DNA of 36,857 bases from Armatimonadota bacterium. GTDB taxonomy: Bacteria > Armatimonadota > SYMT01. Positions 1 through 8,856 of this stretch are shown one piece after another. Both the position numbers and the translations under genes were made by a program. Under the pieces are notes generated by a model. The model saw only the letters and a list, made by a program, of their open reading frames with translations. It did not search any database and had not been told where the DNA came from. How positions within the stretch are numbered: position 1 is the first letter of the stretch; each line of letters begins with the position of its first letter. Location of the stretch: positions 1 to 36,857 of the forward strand of contig JBKBRF010000060.1 in assembly GCA_046292385.1 (NCBI GenBank). The letters run 5' to 3'.

Positions 1-175
1 CCCGCCCTGCAGCCGGCAAAACATACTCTGCGCCCCGGGGCGCACCAACTTTACAGCGTGTGACACTTGCCACCGCTTCCCCGCCAGGGGAATCTCGCCG
101 GAGTGCTCGCGCGCCGGTAATCCTCCTGCCCTGTTGATTTCGCCGACAGTATCTGGCGAGGGGCCGTCGCTTGAG

Positions 176-359
176 CCGGGCGGAGCGGCCCGTGAATCGC
201 AGTGCCGAGCCAGCCGCAGCCGGCGAGCGCGGAACGTGACCTGCCGGGGAGCACGCCCGCAGCGCCCGCTAGCGGAGGCGAAGCCGGAGCGTGAGAGGCT
301 TGTCCCCCGAACGGGGGAGCCGCGGAGGGCCACCCACGCGGGAGGGCCGCTCCGCCCGG
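176..359. ncRNA. Structured non-coding element, copy A (candidate ncRNA or REP/MITE-like element)
   Basis: A perfect 16-bp closing stem (176-191 with 344-359) encloses internal hairpins (GCGG..CGTG/CACG..CCGC, GGCGAAGCC, TCCCCCG/CGGGGGA). Homologous to 11291-11434. Confidence 0.45.
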
Positions 360-456
360 TGAGGGCGCGGGGGGGAACCCCGGTGAGATGGAGCTCTCGC
401 CGAGAGCTCCCCCGCAGACCGCCTGCCGGGGCTGCGGAGGAGCAGTCCTCGTCTCG

Positions 457-1083
457 CTATCCGACGAAGCTCACCAGATCCAGCTCCGCCCGGGCGCATT
501 CCTCCGCGGCGGACTGGAGCTGCTGGAGGAACGGGTCCGGCTTGCCGCCGTCGCGGCCGGGCGGGCGCGCGCCGCCGCGGCGGGGGGCGGCGAGGCCTTT
601 CGCCAGCTCCTCCACCTCATCCCGCTTCACGTAGCCCCAGTAGGAGAGCGACTCCTCCACCGGGCCGGACTGCCAGAGCGTCGCGTCGCCGTTCAGCTCC
701 CGGCCGCGCACCAGCCACGCCGCCATCCGCCCGGCGGCGCTGTCGCGGGGCAGGCTCTCCACCGACTTCAACAGCCGGTCGAGCGGGAGGTCTTCGGTCA
801 GCGGATCGGCGTCGACCCACTCGTCGAACAGGTCGATCAGGAGCTGGGTCAGGTAGTAGCGCTCTTCCTCCTCCAGCCCTTCGTAGAGCTTGCCCTCCAT
901 CACCAGCCGGTGGGCGAGGCGGTCGAGCACCTCCAGCTCTTCCGGCTCCCAGTCCGAGTCTTCGTCCGCGCGCAGAAGCTCTCGCGCCTCGCGCAGGCGC
1001 TCCTCGTCCCCGGAGCCGACCCACTCCCGCAGCTCGTCCAGGTCGACGGCGTACAGGATCACATTCACGTCAACGTTCGGCAT
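457..1083 (-). CDS. Acidic hypothetical protein (possibly DUF7691-like)
   Basis: ATG at 1083 follows GAGGAAG and overlaps the ftcD 3' end. N-terminal YAVDLDELREWVGSGDE and C-terminal LDLVSF resemble a conserved hypothetical family; the family name is from recall only. Confidence 0.8.
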   Translation of the reverse strand: MPNVDVNVILYAVDLDELREWVGSGDEERLREARELLRADEDSDWEPEELEVLDRLAHRLVMEGKLYEGLEEEERYYLTQLLIDLFDEWVDADPLTEDLPLDRLLKSVESLPRDSAAGRMAAWLVRGRELNGDATLWQSGPVEESLSYWGYVKRDEVEELAKGLAAPRRGGARPPGRDGGKPDPFLQQLQSAAEECARAELDLVSFVG

Positions 1084-2029
1084 CACTTCCTCGCTCCGCG
1101 CTCCCAGCAGCGCCTTCGGCCGCGCCCTCCAGGCGGGCCGCCCAGAGGTCCAGCACCTGCGAGGGCTGCAGCTCGTGCAGCCCCAGGTAATAGCGTACCA
1201 CCTCCAGCACCTCTTCCAGTCGGATCGCGCCAATCAGCTCGCTGCCGGAGACGGGGACGCCGTAGCGCGCCGCCTCCAGCTTCACCAGCTCGAAGACGCG
1301 GTAGAGCGGCACGCCCGCGGGCTGGGTCACGTTGAGCGAGACCTGCGCGCAGCCGGGTGTCTCCAGGGAGAGGCCGAGCGCCTTCAGCCCCACCAGCCCG
1401 CCGTCCCGCTCCCGCACCCGCCGCGCGACGGCGCGGGCGATCTCCACGTCGGTGGTGCGCAGGTTCACGTTGTACGCCAGCAGCGGACCCCGCGCGCCGA
1501 CCGCCACCGCGCCGGCGGTGGGGTGGACCTGCTCCGGCCCGGCGTCCGGCGCGCGCTCCCCCAGCAGCGGCTCGCGGCGCAGCGAGTCGAACCCGGCGCC
1601 GCGCACCACCGCCAGGTTGCGCCGGTCCGGGTGGGTCGCCGCTTCTTCGTAAAAGTAGACCGGAAGCCCCAGCTCCGCGGCGAGCCGGGCGCCCGCGCGC
1701 CGGGCGAGCTGGACGCAGGTCTGCATGGAGGTGCCGCCGACCGGCACGAACGGCAGCACGTCGAGCGCCCCCATACGCGGGTGCACCCCCGCGTGCCGGG
1801 TCAGGTCGATCCGCTCCACCGCCACCCGCGCCGCGGCGAGCGCCGCCTCCTCCACCGCCTCCGGCTCTCCCAGGAAGGTGAGCACCATCCGGTGATGGTC
1901 CGGGTCCGCGGTGCGGTCGACCAGCGCCACGCCCGGGCTGCGCCGCACCGCATCCGCCAGGGCGTCCATCACCTCCGCGTCTTGCCCCTCTGAAAAGTTA
2001 GGGACGCACTGTACCAGCTCCAGCGCCAT
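1070..2029 (-). CDS. ftcD: Glutamate formiminotransferase (FT domain only, no cyclodeaminase)
   Basis: Motifs LVQCVPNFSEG, DPDHHR, IDLTRHAGVHPRMGALDVLPFVP, GAR..LLAYNVNL, QVSLN and SELIG; GGAGG SD. Confidence 0.95.
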   Translation of the reverse strand: MALELVQCVPNFSEGQDAEVMDALADAVRRSPGVALVDRTADPDHHRMVLTFLGEPEAVEEAALAAARVAVERIDLTRHAGVHPRMGALDVLPFVPVGGTSMQTCVQLARRAGARLAAELGLPVYFYEEAATHPDRRNLAVVRGAGFDSLRREPLLGERAPDAGPEQVHPTAGAVAVGARGPLLAYNVNLRTTDVEIARAVARRVRERDGGLVGLKALGLSLETPGCAQVSLNVTQPAGVPLYRVFELVKLEAARYGVPVSGSELIGAIRLEEVLEVVRYYLGLHELQPSQVLDLWAARLEGAAEGAAGSAERGSDAER

Positions 2030-2041
2030 ACCGCCTCCGCC

Positions 2042-2076
2042 CTCCTACTCCTACTCGTTCTCCTACTCTTACTCCA
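2042..2076. repeat. Hexamer tandem array (CTACTC/GAGTAG family)
   Basis: ctcctactcctactcgttctcctactcttactcc. The same family occurs at 5825-5859 and 34535-34569. Confidence 0.8.
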
Positions 2077-2135
2077 GGGTGCTCCGGGAATGCTACCGTA
2101 CCCGTCAAGCGAGCCCTGCTCCCGAAAGCGGCTTC

Positions 2136-2167
2136 TCCCACTCCCCCTTGCTCCCACTCTCCCACTC
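2136..2167. repeat. Octamer-phased repeat (CTCCCACT family)
   Basis: cccactcccccttgctcccactctcccactc, with a near-identical copy at about 5885-5915. Confidence 0.75.
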
Positions 2168-2268
2168 AGCCCAGCCCTCGGCGCTCTCGCGGCGTATCCC
2201 TCGGCGCATGCGTGGATACGACCGCTCCCGGGTATGTCTGGCCGTCGAAACGTCAGACGGGGGAGGCT

Positions 2269-2472
2269 ATGGCGATTACGGTGCACACGATCTGCGACCG
2301 CTGCGGTCGCGAGTACGAGTGGGAAGGCGTGACGGTGGGGCAGCACATTTACTGCTGCGCCGGGTGTGCGTCCGGCACGGTCTGCACCTGCCCGTTCCCC
2401 ACGGAGACGGTGGTCGTCTCCGGCGGAAACGTGGTGGTCGCCGGCGATGACGACGTGATCATCGTCAAGTAG
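2269..2472 (+). CDS. Small Cys-rich metallothionein-like protein (67 aa)
   Basis: GGGGAGG SD before ATG at 2269; pattern CDRC-x16-CCAGC-x5-CTC plus 2 His. Confidence 0.75.
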   Translation: MAITVHTICDRCGREYEWEGVTVGQHIYCCAGCASGTVCTCPFPTETVVVSGGNVVVAGDDDVIIVK

Positions 2473-2475
2473 CCG

Positions 2476-4254
2476 CTACTCCAGCTCCCGGGCCCGCAGG
2501 CCGTTCAGCCAGGCCAGGGCGTAGTAGTAGAGCCCGTACGCGGCCCCCACGTTCAGCACGGTAACGAGCGCGGCGTAACCGAGCAGGTATTCCGGCCCGC
2601 CGCCGGCGCTGCCGAACCACTCCGGGCGGGAGACCGCGAAGCCGGCGCCGATCCCTTCCGCAATCATCACGGCGACCGAGAGCGACATCGGGCTCCAGAG
2701 CTCGAACGCGCGCCGCGCCGACTTCTGCGGAGTCCCGGCGTAGCCGAGGCTCATCGCCAGGCCCGCCGAGCCGAAGGCGGCGCCGAGCACCAGGTACCAC
2801 TCGAAGCCGTAGCCCTCGAACAGGATGAAGATGCAGACGGCGGTGCCGGCGAGGACCGGCGTCATCTGCGCGATGCCGACCAGGCACGACGCGGCCCAGC
2901 GTCCGCGGAGGAGCGTTTCGGTGGGGAGCGGGCTGGTCAGGAGCTGGGTCAGCGTGTTGGCGCGCGCTTCCGTCTGCCAGAGCTGGAGCCCGCGCGCGCC
3001 GAAGGTGAGCAGCACCGGCACGAACGCCCAGCAGCCGATGAAGTAGAAGACTCCCGCCCAGACCCGCACGAAGTCTCGGAACGTAACGGTCCCGCCCAGG
3101 CCCAGCGGAATCGGGAAGAGCGGCGTGAGCGCGAAGCCGGAGAGCGCCAGGGAGCCGAGGAGCAGTCCCGTCACCTGCAGCAGAAGGAGCCGCCGCAAGC
3201 TGGCCCGGCGCAGCAGCACCCGCAGGTCCCGCACCAGCACCGGGTTATCAAACCGTCGCGCCAGCCAGCCGATCTCCACGGCGGAGCGGGGGTCCTCCCA
3301 CCGCCGCCGCTTCCGCCGCTGGCCGAGGAGCTGTGCCACTCCCAGCACCAGGGGCGGAGCCGCCACGGCGAGCCACCGGAAGGGAGGCCCGAGCCCCGAC
3401 CACGTGTAGCCGACGAAGAGATAGTACGCCGCGGCAAACGCGAGCGGGCGGCCGAACCGGCCCAGGAAGGCGGCCGCGGGGCTGGTCGGGTTGGCGGTGG
3501 CCGCGGCGCCCCCGAAGGCGGCGGCGGCGTAAGCCCCCATCAGCACCGCCAGGCCGTGGTCGGCCCGGAGCCGATCCCCGTAGAAGGCGAGGTCCTGAAA
3601 CGGGGCGAAGCCGGGCTGCACGATCGAGCGGATCCAGTTGAATCCGAGCATCGCCAGGATGCCGGCGATCCAGTAGGCCAGACCGAGGTGCCCGCTGCGG
3701 CGCATGCTCTCCAGCGGGGACGGCTTCTCCTCCCGCGAGGTGGCGCGGAGCCCCTCCGGCGGCGCCAGGAGCGTCACGCCAAACGTCAGCACCCCCATAC
3801 AGCCGGCGAGGAGATGGCCCGGCCAGAGCTGCGCCGGCAGCAGGTGCCCGCGGAGGGTGAGCGCCGCGTGGAACGGCAGCGCGGAGAGCCAGACCAGCAG
3901 CAGCCCGTACGCGGGGAAGAGCAGCTTCTGCGGGAGCCAGCGCCACGGCGAGCGGGAGATGAGCCGGACCGCCTCGAGCGTCCCCTGCCGGTGCTCCTCC
4001 ATGAAGACCCGCGCCCCCAGGATCCACCCGGCCAGGGCGCAGACCAGCCCCTCCGTAAGGCCGAGACCGAGCGTGGTTAGCACCAGCCGGACCCCCGGTT
4101 GCTCGTTCTCCATGACGAAGAGCCGCCGCTCCGCAATGAGAAACACCAGCGTCAGCAGGCAGCCCTGCAAGAGGAGCGGCAGGCCCACCGCCATGAAGGC
4201 GCGGCGTCCGGCGGAGCGCAGCTCCTTGAGAAAGAACGGGTTCTCGAGGGTCAT
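2476..4254 (-). CDS. ABC-2 type permease-like membrane protein with internal duplication
   Basis: Two repeats, [10 protein letters not shown]...[13 protein letters not shown] and [10 protein letters not shown]...[16 protein letters not shown], each followed by several TM segments. Confidence 0.8.
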   Translation of the reverse strand: MTLENPFFLKELRSAGRRAFMAVGLPLLLQGCLLTLVFLIAERRLFVMENEQPGVRLVLTTLGLGLTEGLVCALAGWILGARVFMEEHRQGTLEAVRLISRSPWRWLPQKLLFPAYGLLLVWLSALPFHAALTLRGHLLPAQLWPGHLLAGCMGVLTFGVTLLAPPEGLRATSREEKPSPLESMRRSGHLGLAYWIAGILAMLGFNWIRSIVQPGFAPFQDLAFYGDRLRADHGLAVLMGAYAAAAFGGAAATANPTSPAAAFLGRFGRPLAFAAAYYLFVGYTWSGLGPPFRWLAVAAPPLVLGVAQLLGQRRKRRRWEDPRSAVEIGWLARRFDNPVLVRDLRVLLRRASLRRLLLLQVTGLLLGSLALSGFALTPLFPIPLGLGGTVTFRDFVRVWAGVFYFIGCWAFVPVLLTFGARGLQLWQTEARANTLTQLLTSPLPTETLLRGRWAASCLVGIAQMTPVLAGTAVCIFILFEGYGFEWYLVLGAAFGSAGLAMSLGYAGTPQKSARRAFELWSPMSLSVAVMIAEGIGAGFAVSRPEWFGSAGGGPEYLLGYAALVTVLNVGAAYGLYYYALAWLNGLRARELE

Positions 4255-4308
4255 CGGCGGGAGGGGAGAAAGAGAGAGCCGCCCTTACGTTCACGTAGAC
4301 TCTCCCAT

Positions 4309-4489
4309 TTAGCCTTCTGCCTTCTGCCTTCTGCCTTCTGCCTTCTGCCTTCTGCCTTCTGCCTTCTGCCTTCTGCCTTCTGCCTTCTGCCTTCTGCCTT
4401 TAGCCTTTAGCCTTTAGCCTTTAGCCTTTAGCCTTTAGCCTTTAGCCTTTAGCCTTCTGCCTTTAGCCTTTAGCCTTTAGCCTTCTGCC
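4309..4489. repeat. Heptamer tandem array of about 26 units (TTAGCCT/TCTGCCT)
   Basis: 1 TTAGCCT, 12 TCTGCCT, 8 TTAGCCT, 1 TCTGCCT, 3 TTAGCCT and a final TCTGCC, between divergent genes. Confidence 0.98.
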
Positions 4490-4554
4490 GGAACTTACCA
4501 CCGGAAGGTGCGTATCTCTGGGTGGCTGTCGAAAGGCGGGGAGGAGAGGCAGTG

Positions 4555-5208
4555 ATGCGCGGACGCGCCGTAAAGTGGATGCTCGGGCTGCTCCTGGTGG
4601 TGCTGCCGCTGGTCGCCGCCGGGTGGGTGGTCCGCGCGCGGATAGTGGAGGACGACATCCTCGCCCGTGCCCAGACCAGGCTGGAGGCGGGCCACTGGGG
4701 CGCCGCCAGCCAGGCGCTGCGGGAGCTTCCCCGCGGCTTTCTGCTCTCCGGCGACGCCCGCCGCCGCGCCGCCGCGCTCCACTTCCGGCTGGGCGAGGAC
4801 CGCCAGGGCCATCAGCTCCTGGTGGGACAGCGGTTCGACGACAAAGACCCGGCCGACCGGCGCGTCCGTGACCTGAGCGCCCGCTGCCAGCGCGTGAGCC
4901 TCCTGCTGAAGCAGGTCGAGGCATCCCGCGACCCGGAAGAGCGGGTCCGCCTGCTGCGCCAGGCGCGCGATGAGGTGCCGGAAGCGCCGCACCTGCTGCG
5001 CAGGCTCGCACAGGAGGAGCTGCTGGCGAGCGTCGCCACCGGCCGGGAGCAGTACCAGCAGGCCTTCGAGCAAGCGTACCTGGAGCTGCGCGCGCGGGCC
5101 CCGGAAGAGGCGGACGCGCTGAAGACGAGCGTAGGAAAGCTCCTCAACGGGGAGAAAGCGGGAGAGACTCCGCTCACCGGGGCGGAGAGCGCGCTGGAAG
5201 AACGGTAA
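4555..5208 (+). CDS. Membrane-anchored helical (TPR-like) hypothetical protein
   Basis: GAGGAG SD, an N-terminal hydrophobic helix and an Ala/Leu/Arg/Glu-rich helical body. Confidence 0.7.
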   Translation: MRGRAVKWMLGLLLVVLPLVAAGWVVRARIVEDDILARAQTRLEAGHWGAASQALRELPRGFLLSGDARRRAAALHFRLGEDRQGHQLLVGQRFDDKDPADRRVRDLSARCQRVSLLLKQVEASRDPEERVRLLRQARDEVPEAPHLLRRLAQEELLASVATGREQYQQAFEQAYLELRARAPEEADALKTSVGKLLNGEKAGETPLTGAESALEER

Positions 5209-5250
5209 ACAGGAACGGCTGCCGGGGCTGAAGCGAAGGGGGCGACTCGG

Positions 5251-5769
5251 ATGACCGCGATCCCGCACCTGCTGACCGGCGCGGCGCTCGGCGCCCGCAT
5301 TCGGAACCCGGTAGTGGCGCTGCCGCTGGCGGTGGCGAGTCACCTGCTCCTCGACGCCATCCCCCACGCGGATGCGGCGGTGCTGGCCGGCAGCCCCTCC
5401 CCGGGCTACAACGGAGCCGAGATCCTGATCTCCGTCGGGAGCTTCGTGGTCGGCCTGGGCCTCGTCCTCTGGTGCGCCTGGGGCGACCGCCGCTTCGGCT
5501 GGATCGTGCTCGCCGCGCTGGCCGGGATGCTCATCGACTTCGTCTTCGTGCTCCCCTGGTGGAAGCAGTTCTTCCAGAGTTGGCCGCCCACCGCCTGGCT
5601 GAGCCAGGTGCACCTGGCGGCCTCCACTCCCGCGCACCGATACCCCTTGCTGGTCGGAATCACGACGCAGCTCCTCGTCTCGCTCGCCGCCTTCTGGGTG
5701 CTGCGCCGCTCCACCCACCCCGCCCCCGCCAGGGTGCGGCGGCAGGGCTTGACGCGCGGGATAGAGTAG
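5251..5769 (+). CDS. Membrane protein, putative membrane-bound metal-dependent hydrolase
   Basis: PHLLTGAALG, SHLLLDAIPH and a later D/H set in TM helices, typical of YdjM-like membrane hydrolases. Confidence 0.75.
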   Translation: MTAIPHLLTGAALGARIRNPVVALPLAVASHLLLDAIPHADAAVLAGSPSPGYNGAEILISVGSFVVGLGLVLWCAWGDRRFGWIVLAALAGMLIDFVFVLPWWKQFFQSWPPTAWLSQVHLAASTPAHRYPLLVGITTQLLVSLAAFWVLRRSTHPAPARVRRQGLTRGIE

Positions 5770-5824
5770 TAACCCGGAGAAGCAGCGATCCGTCGTCGGA
5801 AACACCGCCGCTCCGAACCCTCTC

Positions 5825-5915
5825 GGAGAAGGAGAACGAGAAGGAGAAGGAGTAGGAGTGGCCGTGTACGGAGGGATCGGATCGCCCACTCCCCCTTGCA
5901 CCCACTCTCCCACTC
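5825..5915. repeat. Composite hexamer (GAGAAG/GAGTAG) plus octamer (CTCCCACT) intergenic repeat
   Basis: ggagaaggagaacgagaaggagaaggagtaggagt followed by cccactcccccttgcacccactctcccactc. Confidence 0.8.
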
Positions 5916-5936
5916 TGTCTGCCGCTAATCCTCATC

Positions 5937-6878
5937 ATGCGCCGCGTCGTCAGCGTCTCCCTCGGCTCCCCCTCGCGCAACTGGCGCGCCGACCTTTCCG
6001 ACCTCGGGGTGCCGCTGGTGCTGGAGCGCCGGGGCGTGGGGCTCGACTACGGCGCCTACACCGCCGCGCTGCGGGAGCTGGATGCCGACCCGGAGGTGGC
6101 GGCGATCGGCCTCGGCGGGATCAACCGGTACCTCTTCTCCGGCGAGCGGAAGTACCCCCTCCGCAAGGCGGAGGAGATGGCGTCGGTGGTCCGCTCCAAG
6201 CCGGTCTGCGACGGCGCCGGGCTGAAGCAGTACTGGGAGCCGTTCGTCGTCCGTACCGTCCACGAGACCGGGCAGGTGCCGCTCGCCGGACGGCACGCGC
6301 TGATGGTCTGCGTCGTCGACCGCTGGGGCATGGCGGAGGCGCTGCGCGATGTGGGCGCCGACCTGGTGATGGGCGACATGATGTTCGCCCTCGGCCTGCC
6401 GATCCCGCTCCGCGGCTGGGCGACCGTCCGCTCCCTCACCCGCGGCCTGCTCCCGATCCTCACTCAGCGGGTCCCGTTCGAGTGGCTCTATCCCACCGGC
6501 GAGAGCCGCGACGTGCCGAAGTACCGCCGCTGGTACGACTGGGCCGACGTCCTCGCCGGCGACTGGAAGTTCATCGCCAGGCACATGCCCGCCGAGCCCG
6601 GCTCCCTCGCCGGGAAGGCGATCCTCACGAACACCACCACTCCGAAGGACGTGGAGGCGCTGCGCCTGCGCGGCGCCGCGGTGCTCGTCACCACCACCCC
6701 CAGCCTCCACGGTCGCTCCTTCGGGACCAACGTGGTGGAGGCCGCCGCCGCGGCACTCTCCGGCAAGTCGCCGGAGGAGATGGTCTTCGCGGACTACCTC
6801 GCCGTCTTCCAGCGCCTCGGCTGGGACCGGCCCCGCGTCCAGCGCCTCCAGGAGCCAGCAACGGCAACCGTCCGCTAG
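5937..6878 (+). CDS. Conserved protein of the family often auto-annotated 'quinate 5-dehydrogenase' (function unverified)
   Basis: MRRVVSVSLGS, AIGLGG, PVCDGAGLK, VDRWGMA, GDMMFALG, WLYPTGE, GKAILTNTTT, GRSFGTNVVEA. Confidence 0.8.
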   Translation: MRRVVSVSLGSPSRNWRADLSDLGVPLVLERRGVGLDYGAYTAALRELDADPEVAAIGLGGINRYLFSGERKYPLRKAEEMASVVRSKPVCDGAGLKQYWEPFVVRTVHETGQVPLAGRHALMVCVVDRWGMAEALRDVGADLVMGDMMFALGLPIPLRGWATVRSLTRGLLPILTQRVPFEWLYPTGESRDVPKYRRWYDWADVLAGDWKFIARHMPAEPGSLAGKAILTNTTTPKDVEALRLRGAAVLVTTTPSLHGRSFGTNVVEAAAAALSGKSPEEMVFADYLAVFQRLGWDRPRVQRLQEPATATVR

Positions 6879-6940
6879 GTGCCGCATCCGCCAACTGCGG
6901 CCGCGACAGCGGCCCTCCGGGAGTGCCGGTGCCGGAGCCG

Positions 6941-7057
6941 AACGCGCTGGTGCAGGTGGTCGCCAGGGGTTGCGCCGGCGACGTGTTGGCGCCGGAGCTG
7001 ATCCGAGACGGCAAGAAGATGACCATAAAGGCAACCCCGGTGCCGAAACCGAACTGA
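6941..7057 (+). pseudogene. Probable remnant of a C-terminal PDZ domain
   Basis: NALVQVVARGCAGDVLAPELIRDGKKMTIKATPVPKPN* matches the GD-x-L-x-L-x-RDGK end of PDZ domains; there is no usable start or N-terminal part. Confidence 0.45.
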
Positions 7058-7138
7058 TCCAGGCGATCGCTCGTCTGAGCGCCCCGGGGCGGCCTCCCCC
7101 GGGGGCCGCTGCCGTGGGTACGGGGTGAGGAGGATTGA

Positions 7139-7852
7139 ATGCGAAGTCGACGAACGTGGTGCGCCGGTCTGCTGGCCGCGGGCGCGCTGGCCGGCGTGGC
7201 CGCGGGAGCGGTGCGGGCCCAGGAGCCGGAGGTGCGGCGGGAAGTGCGGACGGTGACGATCCGGGTCCCGAATTTCGAAGCGGATACCTCCCAGGTGCCG
7301 GAGCTGCAGCCCTGGGGCCGCGCCGCCGAAGCGCTCTGCCAGGCGTGGTACGGCCGCATCGTGGCGGCTCTCGACAGCGACGAGACGAAGCGCCCGGCGC
7401 CGGAGACGGTCAAGATCGTCTTCGAGAAAGAGATGGACGGAGTCGCCTACGCCAACCGCAACGAGATCCACATCGCGGCGCACTGGGTCCGGCGGAACCC
7501 GAACGACTTCGGCATGGTCGCGCACGAGCTGACCCACATCGTGCAGCGCTATCCGCGGAACCGCAACGCCGGCTGGCTGGTGGAAGGCGTGGCGGACTAC
7601 GTGCGGCTGCAGCACTTCGAGCCGGCGCTCGCGCGGCCGAAGATCGATTTCACCAGGGCGAAGCACACCGACGCCTACAAGACGACCGCCCAGTTCCTGA
7701 TCTACCTGGAAGAGAAGTACGGAAGCAAGGTGGTGCCGAGCCTGCACGCCGCGCTCCAGGAAGGCCGCTACTCGGACCAGCTGTTCCAGGAGCTGACCGG
7801 CAAAGAGGTCGGCACGCTCTGGCAGGAGTTCGCGGAAGCGTCCGCCGCCTGA
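7139..7852 (+). CDS. Secreted BSP (basic secretory protein) family zinc peptidase-like protein
   Basis: GAGGAGG SD, signal peptide, GVAY, HELTHIVQ (HExxH) and WLVEGVADYVR. Confidence 0.9.
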   Translation: MRSRRTWCAGLLAAGALAGVAAGAVRAQEPEVRREVRTVTIRVPNFEADTSQVPELQPWGRAAEALCQAWYGRIVAALDSDETKRPAPETVKIVFEKEMDGVAYANRNEIHIAAHWVRRNPNDFGMVAHELTHIVQRYPRNRNAGWLVEGVADYVRLQHFEPALARPKIDFTRAKHTDAYKTTAQFLIYLEEKYGSKVVPSLHAALQEGRYSDQLFQELTGKEVGTLWQEFAEASAA

Positions 7853-7864
7853 CGCGCCACCTCG

Positions 7865-7924
7865 GGTAGGCAGGTTACAGGCCGCGGAGAGCTCAACCTG
7901 CAACCTGCCTACCTGGAACCTGAA
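7865..7924. repeat. Inverted heptamer arms (AACCTGC family) between convergent genes
   Basis: ggtaggcaggtt pairs with aacctgcctacc; tandem aacctgc aacctgc ctacctgg aacctga. Confidence 0.7.
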
Positions 7925-7929
7925 ACAGA

Positions 7930-8589
7930 CTAAGGAACGACCGCCAGCTCTTCCCGCGCGGAGTGGACGCCGGCCACGGTGGTCGTCACCTGCAGCGCGA
8001 GCAGCCGCTCCTCCTCGGAGTGCACCTGCCCCACCAGCACCACGTGCCCCGTCTCTTCGACCAGCGGTCGAATCTGACGGTGCTTGAGGTCCGGATGCCG
8101 CCGCAGCGCGTCCGCGACCGCATTCGCCAGGTCTGCCTGGTCCGGTCCGTACGGGTTCTCGATCCGGGTGGTGTCGTAGCTGTTGGAGATGCCGGTCACT
8201 CCCTCCGCCGCCACTTCGGCGCGGCTTAGCTCACCCAGGCTCCGCGCGGAGCCGGTGAGCACCGCCTGCCCCCGGATCGCGTCCGCTCCCAGGCGGCGCG
8301 GATCGATCTCCGCCTCGGCGATCTCCTCGTCCAGGTCCTGGGAAAGCTGCTGGTCCGGCACCTGGTGCGGGATCTCCACCGCCACCGCCTCGATGACGCT
8401 GCGCACGCCCGGTATCTGCGACGCCGCCTCCAGCGCCGCCATCTTGTCCGCCAGCGTCCGCACAGCGCCGCGGATGGTAACGACCCCCTTATCCGCCGTC
8501 ACCCGCAGGTCGTTCAGGTTCACGCCGGGCAGCTGGCCGATTGCCCGCTCCACCTGAAAGACCAGGTGGCCATCCGTGATCTCCATCAT
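7930..8589 (-). CDS. BON domain protein (three BON repeats, no signal peptide)
   Basis: GVVTIRG..A..IPGVRSV, GQAVLTG..EGVTGI and GHVVLVG..VAGVHS; GAGGAGG SD. Confidence 0.88.
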   Translation of the reverse strand: MMEITDGHLVFQVERAIGQLPGVNLNDLRVTADKGVVTIRGAVRTLADKMAALEAASQIPGVRSVIEAVAVEIPHQVPDQQLSQDLDEEIAEAEIDPRRLGADAIRGQAVLTGSARSLGELSRAEVAAEGVTGISNSYDTTRIENPYGPDQADLANAVADALRRHPDLKHRQIRPLVEETGHVVLVGQVHSEEERLLALQVTTTVAGVHSAREELAVVP

Positions 8590-8737
8590 CACCCCTCCTC
8601 GGCCCACCTTCCACGGCGGGTCTGAGAGGCGAATACCCGTCCCGAGAGCGGAGCGAAACGGATCGCTTTGCGAGGGTCTAGGGTCCAGGAGATAGGGTTT
8701 AGGACTGGCGAGAGGCCGGTGCCCCTGCCACTACAGG

Positions 8738-8852
8738 GGCGGAGTGCGGAGGAACGGATCCACCGTCCAAGAAGGCTCGGAATTCCGCACTCCGTCCTCA
8801 TCCCTTTGCCCTTAAAACATCCCCCTGATCTCCAATTCATCCCCCTATCCCC
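8738..8852. repeat. Dispersed composite element, copy 1 (GGAGTGCG..CGCACTCC hairpin plus CATCCC heptamers)
   Basis: Homologous to 18536-18650 and directly downstream of the histidine kinase stop. Confidence 0.8.
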
Positions 8853-8856
8853 TTTC

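Noticed and set aside
1..24. Possible start of a minus-strand gene (MFCRLQGG) at the window edge
   Set aside because: Too short and has no clear SD; cannot be supported.
319..350. HDV-like ribozyme core on the minus strand (CCC-TCCCGCGT-GGG)
   Set aside because: The P3 pairing is broken in copy B and I could not build the nested double pseudoknot.
4309..4489. CRISPR array
   Set aside because: Contiguous 7-mers with no unique spacers and no cas genes.
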